Part shown: piece by piece, positions 45,623 through 53,773 of the stretch | How positions within the stretch are numbered: the first letter of the stretch is position 1 | Layout of the letters: each line of letters starts with the position of its first letter | Source of the DNA: Fibrobacter sp. | GTDB taxonomy: Bacteria; Fibrobacterota; Fibrobacteria; Fibrobacterales; Fibrobacteraceae | Reading direction: 5' to 3' | Assembly (NCBI GenBank): GCA_017959225.1 | Contig: JAGDBD010000045.1 | Span: 16,965 to 80,964 of the forward strand | Length of the DNA: 64,000 bases | Notes under the pieces: model-generated | Database searches by the model: none | What the model was told of the DNA's origin: nothing | Seen by the model: only the letters and a program-made list of their open reading frames with translations | Translations under genes and position numbers: made by a program

Positions 45623-48600
45623 ATGCTGAGGAAGCTTTGCTTAGCCGTTCTTATTTTTGCGACGCTGCTGTTTGCAGAAGCCCCTGTCGCTGTAGAAGCT
45701 TACGATGAACAGGCAAGCGACCCGAACCAGGTCACCCTCCGCATACGACTGACCAATCATACGGAAGATACTTTACAGAATGTACGTCTCCGATATTTTT
45801 TAGATTACGAAAAAGGCCGGGACTTGACGTTGTCCCCTTATTACCTTCCAGGGGCGACGTTATCGATAGATACCCTGGATTTTTGCCTAGCGGTCAATAT
45901 CAATTTTTCGAAACTTGCCCCGGGGGTGTTCCCGAATGACGCCGGCATGAGCCTCGGATTGTATTACTCGGATTACGGGCCTTTCGACAAGGATGAAAAT
46001 TTCAGCTACCCGGGAACGGATTCTTTCGTGGATGCAAAACGCATCGCCGTATATCTGGAGGGCGTGCTGATTGCCGGAGAGAGTCCTACGGATAGGGACG
46101 TCCCGCAAATCCGTATTTCGGCGTTTCAACCGGAAAAAGCTGCCCGGGGCCAATGGGTGAAATTGAAAAACGTGGGCGAGCGGTCGGTAGATTTGAAATA
46201 CCTGTCCGTTTCGGATTCATTGGATCGTCACACCCTAGGAGAATCGGTTGGAAATCGAACGCTTGTTCCGGGCGATACCCTGCTTGTCTGCGTCTCTTCG
46301 CCTTGTGATGGAGACCTTGAATTGCCGAACCTGTCCTTAGGGAATGCGGGGGAATTGACCGTTGCATACGGAGCGATTTTGACGGATTACGTTGCCTGGG
46401 GAAAATCCGGCGGTAGTTCTTCGGAAGCGGTTTCGAAGAATCTATGGTCGAATTCGGAAGACTTTTTGCAGACAGGCAAGAGCCTAGGCCCGTCGCTCCC
46501 TTATGCGAAAGGAAGCTTTTTCCGCCGAGCAGACTTGCAGCAGTTTTCGTCATTTGCTTGGATGCTTTATTCGCAGGATGAAATCCATAAAGCGGACGGA
46601 GAACTTCCCAATTCGGCGCCGTTTTCTTGGAATGACGGATCAAAGATAGTCTTGCCGGAAAACGCGACGATGCATTTTGCCTGGATGCCCGTTCCGGGTT
46701 CAAAGTCGTACCGGCTAAATGTATATTCCGGGGACACGTCTCTGGTTTATCGGCAAATTACTTCGGAACTGTCCGCGGATGCGGCTCTTCCGGATGGAAA
46801 GTATTTGTGGAAAGTCGAAAGCTCTTCCGATGAGGCTACTTGGGGCGCGACGCCTGCTTCTGAAGGCCGACTTTATGAAGTGGAAAAATTGTCAGCAAGC
46901 TTATCCTACCAGGATCAGTGTTCCCTGGATGTGGAACCGATTGCGGCGCGCAAGGATACGCGTCTGCTTGTCACCAATTGGGGCATGTTTGCGGATATCC
47001 GCGGCTGGGACGAAAGCCATGTAGGGCATGCCCACTGGGACGAGGAAGAAAGCTGGCGTTGCTGGGCAGTGGCCATCCAGGAATTGAACCGTTACTTTGG
47101 AGGGAACCTGACGCAGGACGAAATCAAGTTCAGAGGGATGGATAAAAAGGCTGCAGGTAAAATAATCCATAAAGAGTATGCGATGTGGCGTAATGGAGGT
47201 GCCGAATATACTGCCGTTCGGGAAATATTGCCAGATATTCTTGGAGGAACTTCGGTGGTATATCATGACTCGACTCCGACGGAAGAATGGATTCGACAGT
47301 CGATAGATGAAGGCTTGCCTCTGTATGTCGCGACCACACAGCATGCGATGGTTATCGATGCGTACCGGGTCCGGAGTGACGGGCGGATGGAAACCCGTTT
47401 TTTGAATCCGCATAACGATGGGGGGAGCGAATGGCAGGTGTTTTCATCCGCAGGGATAGTATCGTATTTTACGTATGAAAGGCCGACCCGGGTTTTAAAT
47501 ACGGATTCGCTCATCCATTTGGATTCGGACGGGGACGGACTTATGGACTATGACGAAACCGATCGCTTCGGGACGGACCCGTACAAGGCGGATTCGGACG
47601 GGGATGGCATTCCGGACAAGACAGAAATCTGGTCCCATACGATACGGGAATCGGTCCGCTGGATGGCTGCATCCGACGATTCGAGCCAGAATCCGGTTGA
47701 TATGTTGAATGGCGCGTTGATTGTCGGCGTCGAAAAGGAACTGTTTTCGGATTCCGATGGGGATGGAATGTGTGCGGAACTGGATATTGATTCGGACGGA
47801 GATGGTATACGCGATGGGGATGAGGACTTGAACGGGAATGGCATTGTGGAAGAAGGGGAAACGGATCCCTACATTGCGAATGGTGGCGGACTTCCTGTCC
47901 ACGCAGAAGACGATGTTCCCGGTGATTTTGCGTTGTATTCATTGGGAAAGCTTTCGTTGAATGACGGGAGTGAGTGTAGATATAAAGCGAATCTAAATTC
48001 TTCAAATTCAGAGTGTGCACTTGCTTCGGAAAGTTCGGCGGAGTATTTCGCCGTGTCGCTTGCTGGTGGTAAGCAAAGCGTGGTGCATTCCAAGGGCGGC
48101 GTTTTGGTGCGGAATCGGGATTCGGTAAATACGGTCAATATATATTCCGACAAGGAAGTTAAACCGACACTGAACGTGCAAAAAGGGGCGTCGGTGATAG
48201 GGTATGCCTACTTGCCTGAACAAAATTGGGTTTGGTCGGTGAATTCCAACTTGGAGCCCATTGATGTGGGGAATCAAGAAAAGATAGTCCGTTCTGGAGA
48301 GGTCTTTTTGCTGCTTGACGGGGCAAAAATCCGGACATTGAAAGTGGAGGCCGGCGGCACCTTGTTGATGGGTACAGGCGAAATGTACGTTGGGTCCTTG
48401 CAACTGGAATCGGGGAGTGTTGTCGATTTTACCGAATATGGGTATGCGACGGTTTTGCATGTGAATGAGACGGTGATTTGGCGGGGAGGCGTCAACCTAA
48501 ACGGATTGCGCGGCGATGGAATCCTCGAACGATTGTATTCGATTGCCTGCGGTTTTAAATTGATTTATCATGGCAATGAAACACTGTTTATTGAAGGCGA

Positions 48601-48781
48601 TTGGTCTGGAACCCTATTCGCACCCAAGGCGAAACTTGTTCTCGGTCAAGCAACAAAGTCCCTGTATGGACGTTTTGTGGGAAATGGCATCACGGTTCAT
48701 CAGTATGCGACTCTTCATGTTGTCCATTTTGATCCACAAACGAAAACAGCCATTGCGTATTTTAATATGGAGGAAAAATGA
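45623..48781 (+). CDS. Large secreted multidomain protein: CBM3-like, lamin-tail, Fn3-like, papain/C39-like peptidase, DxDxDG Ca-binding repeats and a C-terminal beta-rich domain
   Basis: Signal peptide; RIRLTN...VRLRYF...ENFSY; QWVKLKNVGERSVDL...DYVAWG; CWAVA...HAMVIDAY...LNP; DSDGDG repeated four times. Confidence 0.65.
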   Translation: MLRKLCLAVLIFATLLFAEAPVAVEAYDEQASDPNQVTLRIRLTNHTEDTLQNVRLRYFLDYEKGRDLTLSPYYLPGATLSIDTLDFCLAVNINFSKLAPGVFPNDAGMSLGLYYSDYGPFDKDENFSYPGTDSFVDAKRIAVYLEGVLIAGESPTDRDVPQIRISAFQPEKAARGQWVKLKNVGERSVDLKYLSVSDSLDRHTLGESVGNRTLVPGDTLLVCVSSPCDGDLELPNLSLGNAGELTVAYGAILTDYVAWGKSGGSSSEAVSKNLWSNSEDFLQTGKSLGPSLPYAKGSFFRRADLQQFSSFAWMLYSQDEIHKADGELPNSAPFSWNDGSKIVLPENATMHFAWMPVPGSKSYRLNVYSGDTSLVYRQITSELSADAALPDGKYLWKVESSSDEATWGATPASEGRLYEVEKLSASLSYQDQCSLDVEPIAARKDTRLLVTNWGMFADIRGWDESHVGHAHWDEEESWRCWAVAIQELNRYFGGNLTQDEIKFRGMDKKAAGKIIHKEYAMWRNGGAEYTAVREILPDILGGTSVVYHDSTPTEEWIRQSIDEGLPLYVATTQHAMVIDAYRVRSDGRMETRFLNPHNDGGSEWQVFSSAGIVSYFTYERPTRVLNTDSLIHLDSDGDGLMDYDETDRFGTDPYKADSDGDGIPDKTEIWSHTIRESVRWMAASDDSSQNPVDMLNGALIVGVEKELFSDSDGDGMCAELDIDSDGDGIRDGDEDLNGNGIVEEGETDPYIANGGGLPVHAEDDVPGDFALYSLGKLSLNDGSECRYKANLNSSNSECALASESSAEYFAVSLAGGKQSVVHSKGGVLVRNRDSVNTVNIYSDKEVKPTLNVQKGASVIGYAYLPEQNWVWSVNSNLEPIDVGNQEKIVRSGEVFLLLDGAKIRTLKVEAGGTLLMGTGEMYVGSLQLESGSVVDFTEYGYATVLHVNETVIWRGGVNLNGLRGDGILERLYSIACGFKLIYHGNETLFIEGDWSGTLFAPKAKLVLGQATKSLYGRFVGNGITVHQYATLHVVHFDPQTKTAIAYFNMEEK

Positions 48782-48803
48782 AATTTGTAACGATCGCTTT
48801 GTT
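48746..48803 (+). repeat. Cassette head repeat, copy A (copy B at 49681-49738)
   Basis: 53/58 identical. It covers the RBS, the start codon and the first signal-peptide codons, plus the last codons of the large gene. Confidence 0.9.
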
Positions 48804-49635
48804 AGGAGTATTTTCGGCTGTCCTTGCGAAAACGGATACCACGTTTACCTTCAACGCCATCACCTTTTCGGAACACTATCCGCGTTTTGAAGGGGAAGAT
48901 TACGATTCCTTGCCGGAGTGGGCTGAAATAGAGAATGTGCTGGCTTATGACCCCGATTGGAATGTAATCTGCATGGATCGATTTGATGGAGTTAGGCTAG
49001 TTTTTTCACGTATCGATTCTTCGGTCGCTGTGGCTCATGTGGCAGTTGAGGGTTGGACCGATGCTGAGTATTATCCTTGCTGGCAGTTCTGGCGGGTTGG
49101 AGACAAGAAAAAGTACCCGATGACGAGTATCATTATCGACGAATTCAAAATGTACCATGAATGCGGCTTTTTAAAGATGCCCTGGGCTCAGGCGGATTCG
49201 ATTATCAGACATATTGTTTTTGATTTCATGCTTGACGGGGATACCACTGCGGATTGGGAAGACGGGGATTATTACAATGCCACAGGGCTTGAAATGAAAG
49301 CAAGCTTTGTAGTCCCTGGCGAAGAAAGGAAGAATCCGATGGAAATTGGGCTTCCTGATTGGAAATTGACTTTGCCAAGTAATGTCATTGAGTTGATGGA
49401 ATCGGTTTCGATTCCTCGCACTAACGCCGTCGCTTTAACTACGCCACAAGTGCATAAGCTCGTGCCCGGTAAATTCGCTGTTGTCGGCCTTGCTTCCGAA
49501 ACGTCTTTCCAACTTTTTGATTTGAACGGCAAGGTCTTGAAATCGGGAACGTTGAAAAATGGGGGCGTGGTGAACACGCCAACGCAGCCGGTGATTCTAA
49601 AACTTGAAAATGGAGCGCAATTCCTGCTGAAGTAA
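48778..49635 (+). CDS. Secreted protein of unknown function with a T9SS-like/Fibrobacter C-terminal domain
   Basis: Signal peptide MKFVTIALL..., and tail SETSFQLFDLNGKVLKSG...LENGAQFLLK. Confidence 0.75.
   Translation: MKFVTIALLGVFSAVLAKTDTTFTFNAITFSEHYPRFEGEDYDSLPEWAEIENVLAYDPDWNVICMDRFDGVRLVFSRIDSSVAVAHVAVEGWTDAEYYPCWQFWRVGDKKKYPMTSIIIDEFKMYHECGFLKMPWAQADSIIRHIVFDFMLDGDTTADWEDGDYYNATGLEMKASFVVPGEERKNPMEIGLPDWKLTLPSNVIELMESVSIPRTNAVALTTPQVHKLVPGKFAVVGLASETSFQLFDLNGKVLKSGTLKNGGVVNTPTQPVILKLENGAQFLLK
49494..49635 (+). repeat. Cassette tail repeat, copy A (copy B at 50507-50648)
   Basis: The first 65 bp are identical (49494-49558 = 50507-50571), and the copies stay closely similar to the stop codon. 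Confidence 0.9.
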
Positions 49636-49637
49636 TC

Positions 49638-49663
49638 GATCGCTTCACTTCGTTCGCGATGAC
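49638..49663. repeat. REP-like right half-site
   Basis: GATCGCTTCACTTCGTTCGCGATGAC. Its reverse complement resembles the 45369 site. Confidence 0.55.
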
Positions 49664-49680
49664 ACGGTCAAAAACTTTGA

Positions 49681-49738
49681 ACGGCCATTGCGCATTTTAG
49701 CATGGAGGAAAAATGAAATTTGTAGCGATCGCTTTGTT
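49681..49738 (+). repeat. Cassette head repeat, copy B
   Basis: ACGGCCATTGCGCATTTTAGCATGGAGGAAAAATGAAATTTGTAGCGATCGCTTTGTT. Confidence 0.9.
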
Positions 49739-50648
49739 TGTTGCCTTTTCTGTTTTGTATGCCCGTGAAGTGAATTCTACATTTCTTTGGGACGCTACCG
49801 TTGATACAACCGGCCGTGTGATAACCGGATCAACGGATGAAAGCTCTGGGTATTGGCATGAACTTGGCAAAGGTTCGTATGACGATTGCACTGAAGTTGA
49901 AAAATCAGATTTGATTTGGCCTTCTGATGTCAAAGAAGATATTTATGGAGATTTCTTTGGGCCGTTGACGCGGGCTTACGGAGGCATTGTGGGAGAATTT
50001 ATATTGGGAAAACAGATTGAGGGCGACACAAGTGGAATGAGCGGTTGCTCGCGGTATAGCGTAGGCATCGGTTTTAACACCTGGAATTGGGATCAAGAGA
50101 GTGTGGACATTTCCGCTTGGAATGGCTTTTGCTTGGAATATTCCTCTACGATGCGTTTTGATATTCGGTTGAAGCAATACATTTTTTCCCGTGAAACTCT
50201 AGATTTGTTTGCTTTTGTGCCTGCTTCGGATTCGCTTTCTGTCATTGATATTCCATGGGAAAATTTTTCTTGGTATGGATCCTTCTTCCATCCTTTTGAA
50301 ACGAGGGATGAAGCGCTTCAAAATAACACTGCTGTGCTACTTGTATTTTGGAGCGATTCCGCAGCTACGGGTAGTTTTAAGTTGACCAAGTTCGGGTCGT
50401 ATGGAAGTTGTGACGGATCTTTTGTTTCAACGCCCAAGACATATGCCATTCCTTCGATTCAAGTCTCTAAAATTTCGCCGTCCCAATATTCGATTTCCGG
50501 TCTTGATTCCGAAACGTCTTTCCAACTTTTTGATTTGAACGGCAAGGTCTTGAAATCGGGAACGTTGAAAAGCGGAGGAGTGGTGAATGCTTCGACGCAT
50601 CCGGCGATTTTGAGGCTTGAAAATGGAGCGCAATTCCTGTTGAAGTGA
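49713..50648 (+). CDS. Secreted protein, possibly with a CBM11/CIA30-like carbohydrate-binding fold, and a T9SS-like C-terminal domain
   Basis: Signal peptide; aromatic-rich core (VDISAWNGFCLEYSS, IPWENFSWY); same tail as the 48778 gene. Confidence 0.7.
   Translation: MKFVAIALFVAFSVLYAREVNSTFLWDATVDTTGRVITGSTDESSGYWHELGKGSYDDCTEVEKSDLIWPSDVKEDIYGDFFGPLTRAYGGIVGEFILGKQIEGDTSGMSGCSRYSVGIGFNTWNWDQESVDISAWNGFCLEYSSTMRFDIRLKQYIFSRETLDLFAFVPASDSLSVIDIPWENFSWYGSFFHPFETRDEALQNNTAVLLVFWSDSAATGSFKLTKFGSYGSCDGSFVSTPKTYAIPSIQVSKISPSQYSISGLDSETSFQLFDLNGKVLKSGTLKSGGVVNASTHPAILRLENGAQFLLK
50507..50648 (+). repeat. Cassette tail repeat, copy B
   Basis: Matches 49494-49635. Confidence 0.9.
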
Positions 50649-50651
50649 TTG

Positions 50652-50683
50652 GATTGCTTCGACCCTTTGGGGCTCACGATGGC
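50652..50683. repeat. REP-like right half-site (degenerate)
   Basis: GATTGCTTCGACCCTTTGGGGCTCACGATGGC directly after the stop codon. Confidence 0.5.
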
Positions 50684-50755
50684 TCTTAGGAGGCGCTTTT
50701 TGTTTGGACGAATATTTTATATTGGCTTTAAAAAGTCAAAAATAAAGGATTGAAT

Positions 50756-51250
50756 ATGGAAAAGATTTTCCGCACCGGTATCGGATTTGATGTTCACAAA
50801 CTTGTGGAAGGTCGCAAGTGCATTATCGGCGGCGTGGATATTCCTTATGAAAAGGGACTCCTTGGCCACAGCGACGCGGACGTTCTGCTCCATGCGATTA
50901 GCGATGCATTGCTCGGAGCCGCAGGCCTCGGTGACATCGGCACGTACTTCCCCGATACCGATCCCGCTTTCAAAAACGCAGACAGCATGGTTCTCCTCGG
51001 ACGCGTTCGTGAAGAAGTCGTCAAAGCGGGCTGCAAAATTGAAAGCCTCGACAGCGTAGTGATTTGCGAACGTCCGAAGGTAAATCCGCATCGCGAAGAA
51101 ATGAAGGCGAACATTGCACGTGTATTGCAGATTCCTGTGGAACGAGTCGGTGTTAAAGCAAGTACCAGTGAAAAGCTGGGATTCACCGGTCGCGGAGAAG
51201 GCATCGCTTCGCAAGCGGTGGCGACCGTAAGTAAGATTTATGCGGAATAA
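50756..51250 (+). CDS. ispF: 2-C-methyl-D-erythritol 2,4-cyclodiphosphate synthase
   Basis: [25 protein letters not shown] and [17 protein letters not shown]. Confidence 0.97.
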   Translation: MEKIFRTGIGFDVHKLVEGRKCIIGGVDIPYEKGLLGHSDADVLLHAISDALLGAAGLGDIGTYFPDTDPAFKNADSMVLLGRVREEVVKAGCKIESLDSVVICERPKVNPHREEMKANIARVLQIPVERVGVKASTSEKLGFTGRGEGIASQAVATVSKIYAE

Positions 51251-51253
51251 TGA

Positions 51254-51281
51254 AAAAGCGGGCACATTCTGGCCCGCTTTT
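51254..51281. terminator. Bidirectional terminator between ispF and the NUDIX gene
   Basis: AAAAGCGGGC/GCCCGCTTTT stem. Confidence 0.8.
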
Positions 51282-51300
51282 CTGTGGATCGCTTAGACGT

Positions 51301-51828
51301 TTAGTGCAGCAGATACTCGAAATCTTTCGGGTGGCAGACGAATTTTTGCGGCGTTTTTTCTAACGCTTCTTTAAGCTCTTTCACAGAGAAAAATTTGAAG
51401 TCATCGACTTCATGTGGTTGCGGTACGAGCTGTGATTTTTCTTCTTCGGAAATAAACGCTTTGTACGTGTCGTAATATTCGTTGTCTACGTACGAACCGC
51501 CGTTCAGAATGCTGGAATGGACCGTTTCAAAAAGGAACTTTAATTCTTCGGGCTTTTTTTGAATGCCAAGTTCTTCGCGAATTTCTCGGATGGCGGATTC
51601 GATGCTAGAATCGCCTGCGGAAATATGCCCTGCACAACTGGTATCGTAAAGGCCCGGATTGTTTTCTTTGTCATGGGCGCGAAGCTGAAAGAGGATCTTT
51701 CCAGACTTGTCGATTAGCCAAATGTGGACCGTGCGATGCCAAAGGCCTCGCTTGTGGACTTCGCTGCGGGCGCAAACTTCTCCGGTCTTTTGTCCGTTGC
51801 TATCTAAAACGTCGATTAGTTCTTCCAT
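51301..51828 (-). CDS. IDI-like NUDIX hydrolase
   Basis: HKRGLWHRTVHIW, SCAGH and AIREIREELGI. The start is moved to MEELIDVLD. Confidence 0.85.
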   Translation of the reverse strand: MEELIDVLDSNGQKTGEVCARSEVHKRGLWHRTVHIWLIDKSGKILFQLRAHDKENNPGLYDTSCAGHISAGDSSIESAIREIREELGIQKKPEELKFLFETVHSSILNGGSYVDNEYYDTYKAFISEEEKSQLVPQPHEVDDFKFFSVKELKEALEKTPQKFVCHPKDFEYLLH

Positions 51829-51875
51829 GCGAACACTCCCATGATTTCCCATGAATGAAAATCTATTTTTTTTAC

Positions 51876-52919
51876 ATGAACGAAGCGTTTGAAAAATCTT
51901 TAAATACCCTGTTTGAACGAGCCATGGCTGATGGAGTTTTTTCCAAGGCGGTTGTGGGATTCTCATCGGAAAATGGAATGGAAGTCCGGGCATTTGGAAC
52001 TCCGGAAAATTCTGTATTCGACATTGCTTCGGTCACAAAAGTATGCCCTACATCGACGTTGGCTTTAAAACGAGTTCTGAACGGAGAATTGGATTTAGAC
52101 GCCAGAGTAATCGAGTTTCTTCCGGAATTACGTACAAATTATCGGAACGAAATTCTAATCCGTCACCTTTTGACGCACAGCCTTGATTATCGCGTTCCCA
52201 TGAGTTCCTTAAAAAGGCTTCCTCCGGAACAAATTCTGGATTCGCTTTTCCAATACCGTTTTAAACAGCAGCCGGGAACCGTTTTTAATTACGGAAATCC
52301 GGCAAGTATTTTACTTGGGCTGGTGTTAATGCGGATTTCGGGCGGTAAAACGCTGCAGCAGCTGGGCGAAGAAGAATTTTTTAAACCTCTTGGCATGACG
52401 CGCTCCGGTTGGGATCCTTTGACCCGAGTTTCTAAAGAAGAAATCGTGGCAACGGAAGAAGACAATTGGCGCGGTCGAATGATCCAAGGCGAAATCCACG
52501 ACGAAAGCGCTTTTGTTTTGCGCAAGTTCTTTCCGGTCGGTAGCGCAGGAATGTTTTCTACAGTTCCGGATCTTTTAAAATTCATCACGATGATTTTAAA
52601 CGACGGGGAATTTGACGGCAAACGTATAATGCCTTCGGGAATATTAAAGCTTGTATCGACAAATGCTTTGGAAGGGCGCGTGGAAAACGCTTGTACGGCT
52701 CTTGGCTGGGAGCTGGATGCCGAAAAATTCATGGGAGCGGTTCATAGCCCGCACATGTTTGGAAAAACAGGTTTTACAGGCGCAAGCATTGTCGCCGATT
52801 CCGAACAAAAGAAGGCCGTGGTACTGCTTAGCAACTTCACTTATCCTAAAAGAGAAGATTCTGCTGCAAGAATTAACGCGTTTCGGTCGCAACTTTCGGA
52901 ACTGACTTTTTCCAAATAG
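51876..52919 (+). CDS. Serine hydrolase of the beta-lactamase/class C PBP-like family
   Basis: SVTK (SxxK), LLTHS, YGN (YxN), GEIHDE and GKTGFTG. Confidence 0.88.
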   Translation: MNEAFEKSLNTLFERAMADGVFSKAVVGFSSENGMEVRAFGTPENSVFDIASVTKVCPTSTLALKRVLNGELDLDARVIEFLPELRTNYRNEILIRHLLTHSLDYRVPMSSLKRLPPEQILDSLFQYRFKQQPGTVFNYGNPASILLGLVLMRISGGKTLQQLGEEEFFKPLGMTRSGWDPLTRVSKEEIVATEEDNWRGRMIQGEIHDESAFVLRKFFPVGSAGMFSTVPDLLKFITMILNDGEFDGKRIMPSGILKLVSTNALEGRVENACTALGWELDAEKFMGAVHSPHMFGKTGFTGASIVADSEQKKAVVLLSNFTYPKREDSAARINAFRSQLSELTFSK

Positions 52920-52983
52920 AAAAATCCTTTCTAATTTATTTATAGCGGGGGCAATGAAGCCCTTGCTTTAAAGAAAGGGAAAA

Positions 52984-53544
52984 ATGAAAAAAACTTGTTT
53001 GGTCATTGGAATGCTTCTTTTGTCATCTGTTGCGTTTGCTGGGGAACGCGTGGGTTTTTATGGAAGCGCCGGTATGGGTTTGGATTTTGGAAGCGTTCAT
53101 GGGAAAACGGATTATCTCGGAGAATCCGCTTCGTCAAGTGAAGTGGAAAGTGAAGGGCTGTTTGGCTATTCCTTCGATTTAAAACTAGGCTATTCTTTGA
53201 TTTCGAATCTTGCGATTTATGCGACAGGTGCAACATCTGTGGAAATGTATAGCTTATCGGATGACAACATTACGTTCCTTTATTTGGGCGGAGGCGCATC
53301 TTATTGGCTACCCATGAACTTCTACGTGGGTGGATCTTTGGGCGCAGGGCGTTTTACGTTTGAAGACGCTTACACCGAAGACTTTAGCTTTTCGTTCCGC
53401 GTTTCGGCAGGTAAGGATTGGAACTTGGGAACCCGTGGCGGAATCGGTGTAGAAGTTTACTACCAGCACGCAGCGGTGGAAGACGGTTCCAAGGAATGGA
53501 ATGCAAGTTTAATCGGTGTGAAGTGCAACGTGAGCTACCGTTAA
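52984..53544 (+). CDS. OmpA-like/outer-membrane beta-barrel protein
   Basis: Signal peptide and Gly/aromatic amphipathic strands; 186 aa. Confidence 0.7.
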   Translation: MKKTCLVIGMLLLSSVAFAGERVGFYGSAGMGLDFGSVHGKTDYLGESASSSEVESEGLFGYSFDLKLGYSLISNLAIYATGATSVEMYSLSDDNITFLYLGGGASYWLPMNFYVGGSLGAGRFTFEDAYTEDFSFSFRVSAGKDWNLGTRGGIGVEVYYQHAAVEDGSKEWNASLIGVKCNVSYR

Positions 53545-53570
53545 AAAAGTGCTGATTTGAATTGTACAAG

Positions 53571-53596
53571 GCGACGCTTTGCGTCGCTATTTTTTT
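53571..53596 (+). terminator. Rho-independent terminator
   Basis: GCGACGC-TTT-GCGTCGC followed by a T-run. Confidence 0.75.
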
Positions 53597-53773
53597 GTCG
53601 ATTGCAATCTTTTTTGCAAGAAAATTCTGCGGCAAAAGAAATTCCATTAGAATTCATATCGGCGAATTCGGAAAGAAATCGAAACTTTTGTTTTTAGCAG
53701 ACGACGATAAATTTTTTATAACTAGCGAGAGCCTATGATGGAATTTACTTTAGAGAAAAAAAGGAGTTCCGTT

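Noticed and set aside
47520-47880. Repeated GATTCGGACGG-like units as a CRISPR or tandem array
   Set aside because: They are irregularly spaced and in frame; they encode DSDGDG calcium-binding motifs.
48746-50683. Integron cassette array or diversity-generating retroelement
   Set aside because: There is no integrase, attC-type site or reverse transcriptase, and no adenine-specific mismatch pattern between the repeats.
51829-51993. N-terminal extension of the NUDIX ORF (and the similar ORF-track extensions of lysA, patatin, the PlsC-like gene and both ApeJ halves)
   Set aside because: They overlap neighbouring genes or promoters; downstream ATGs fit family starts and stop/start coupling better.
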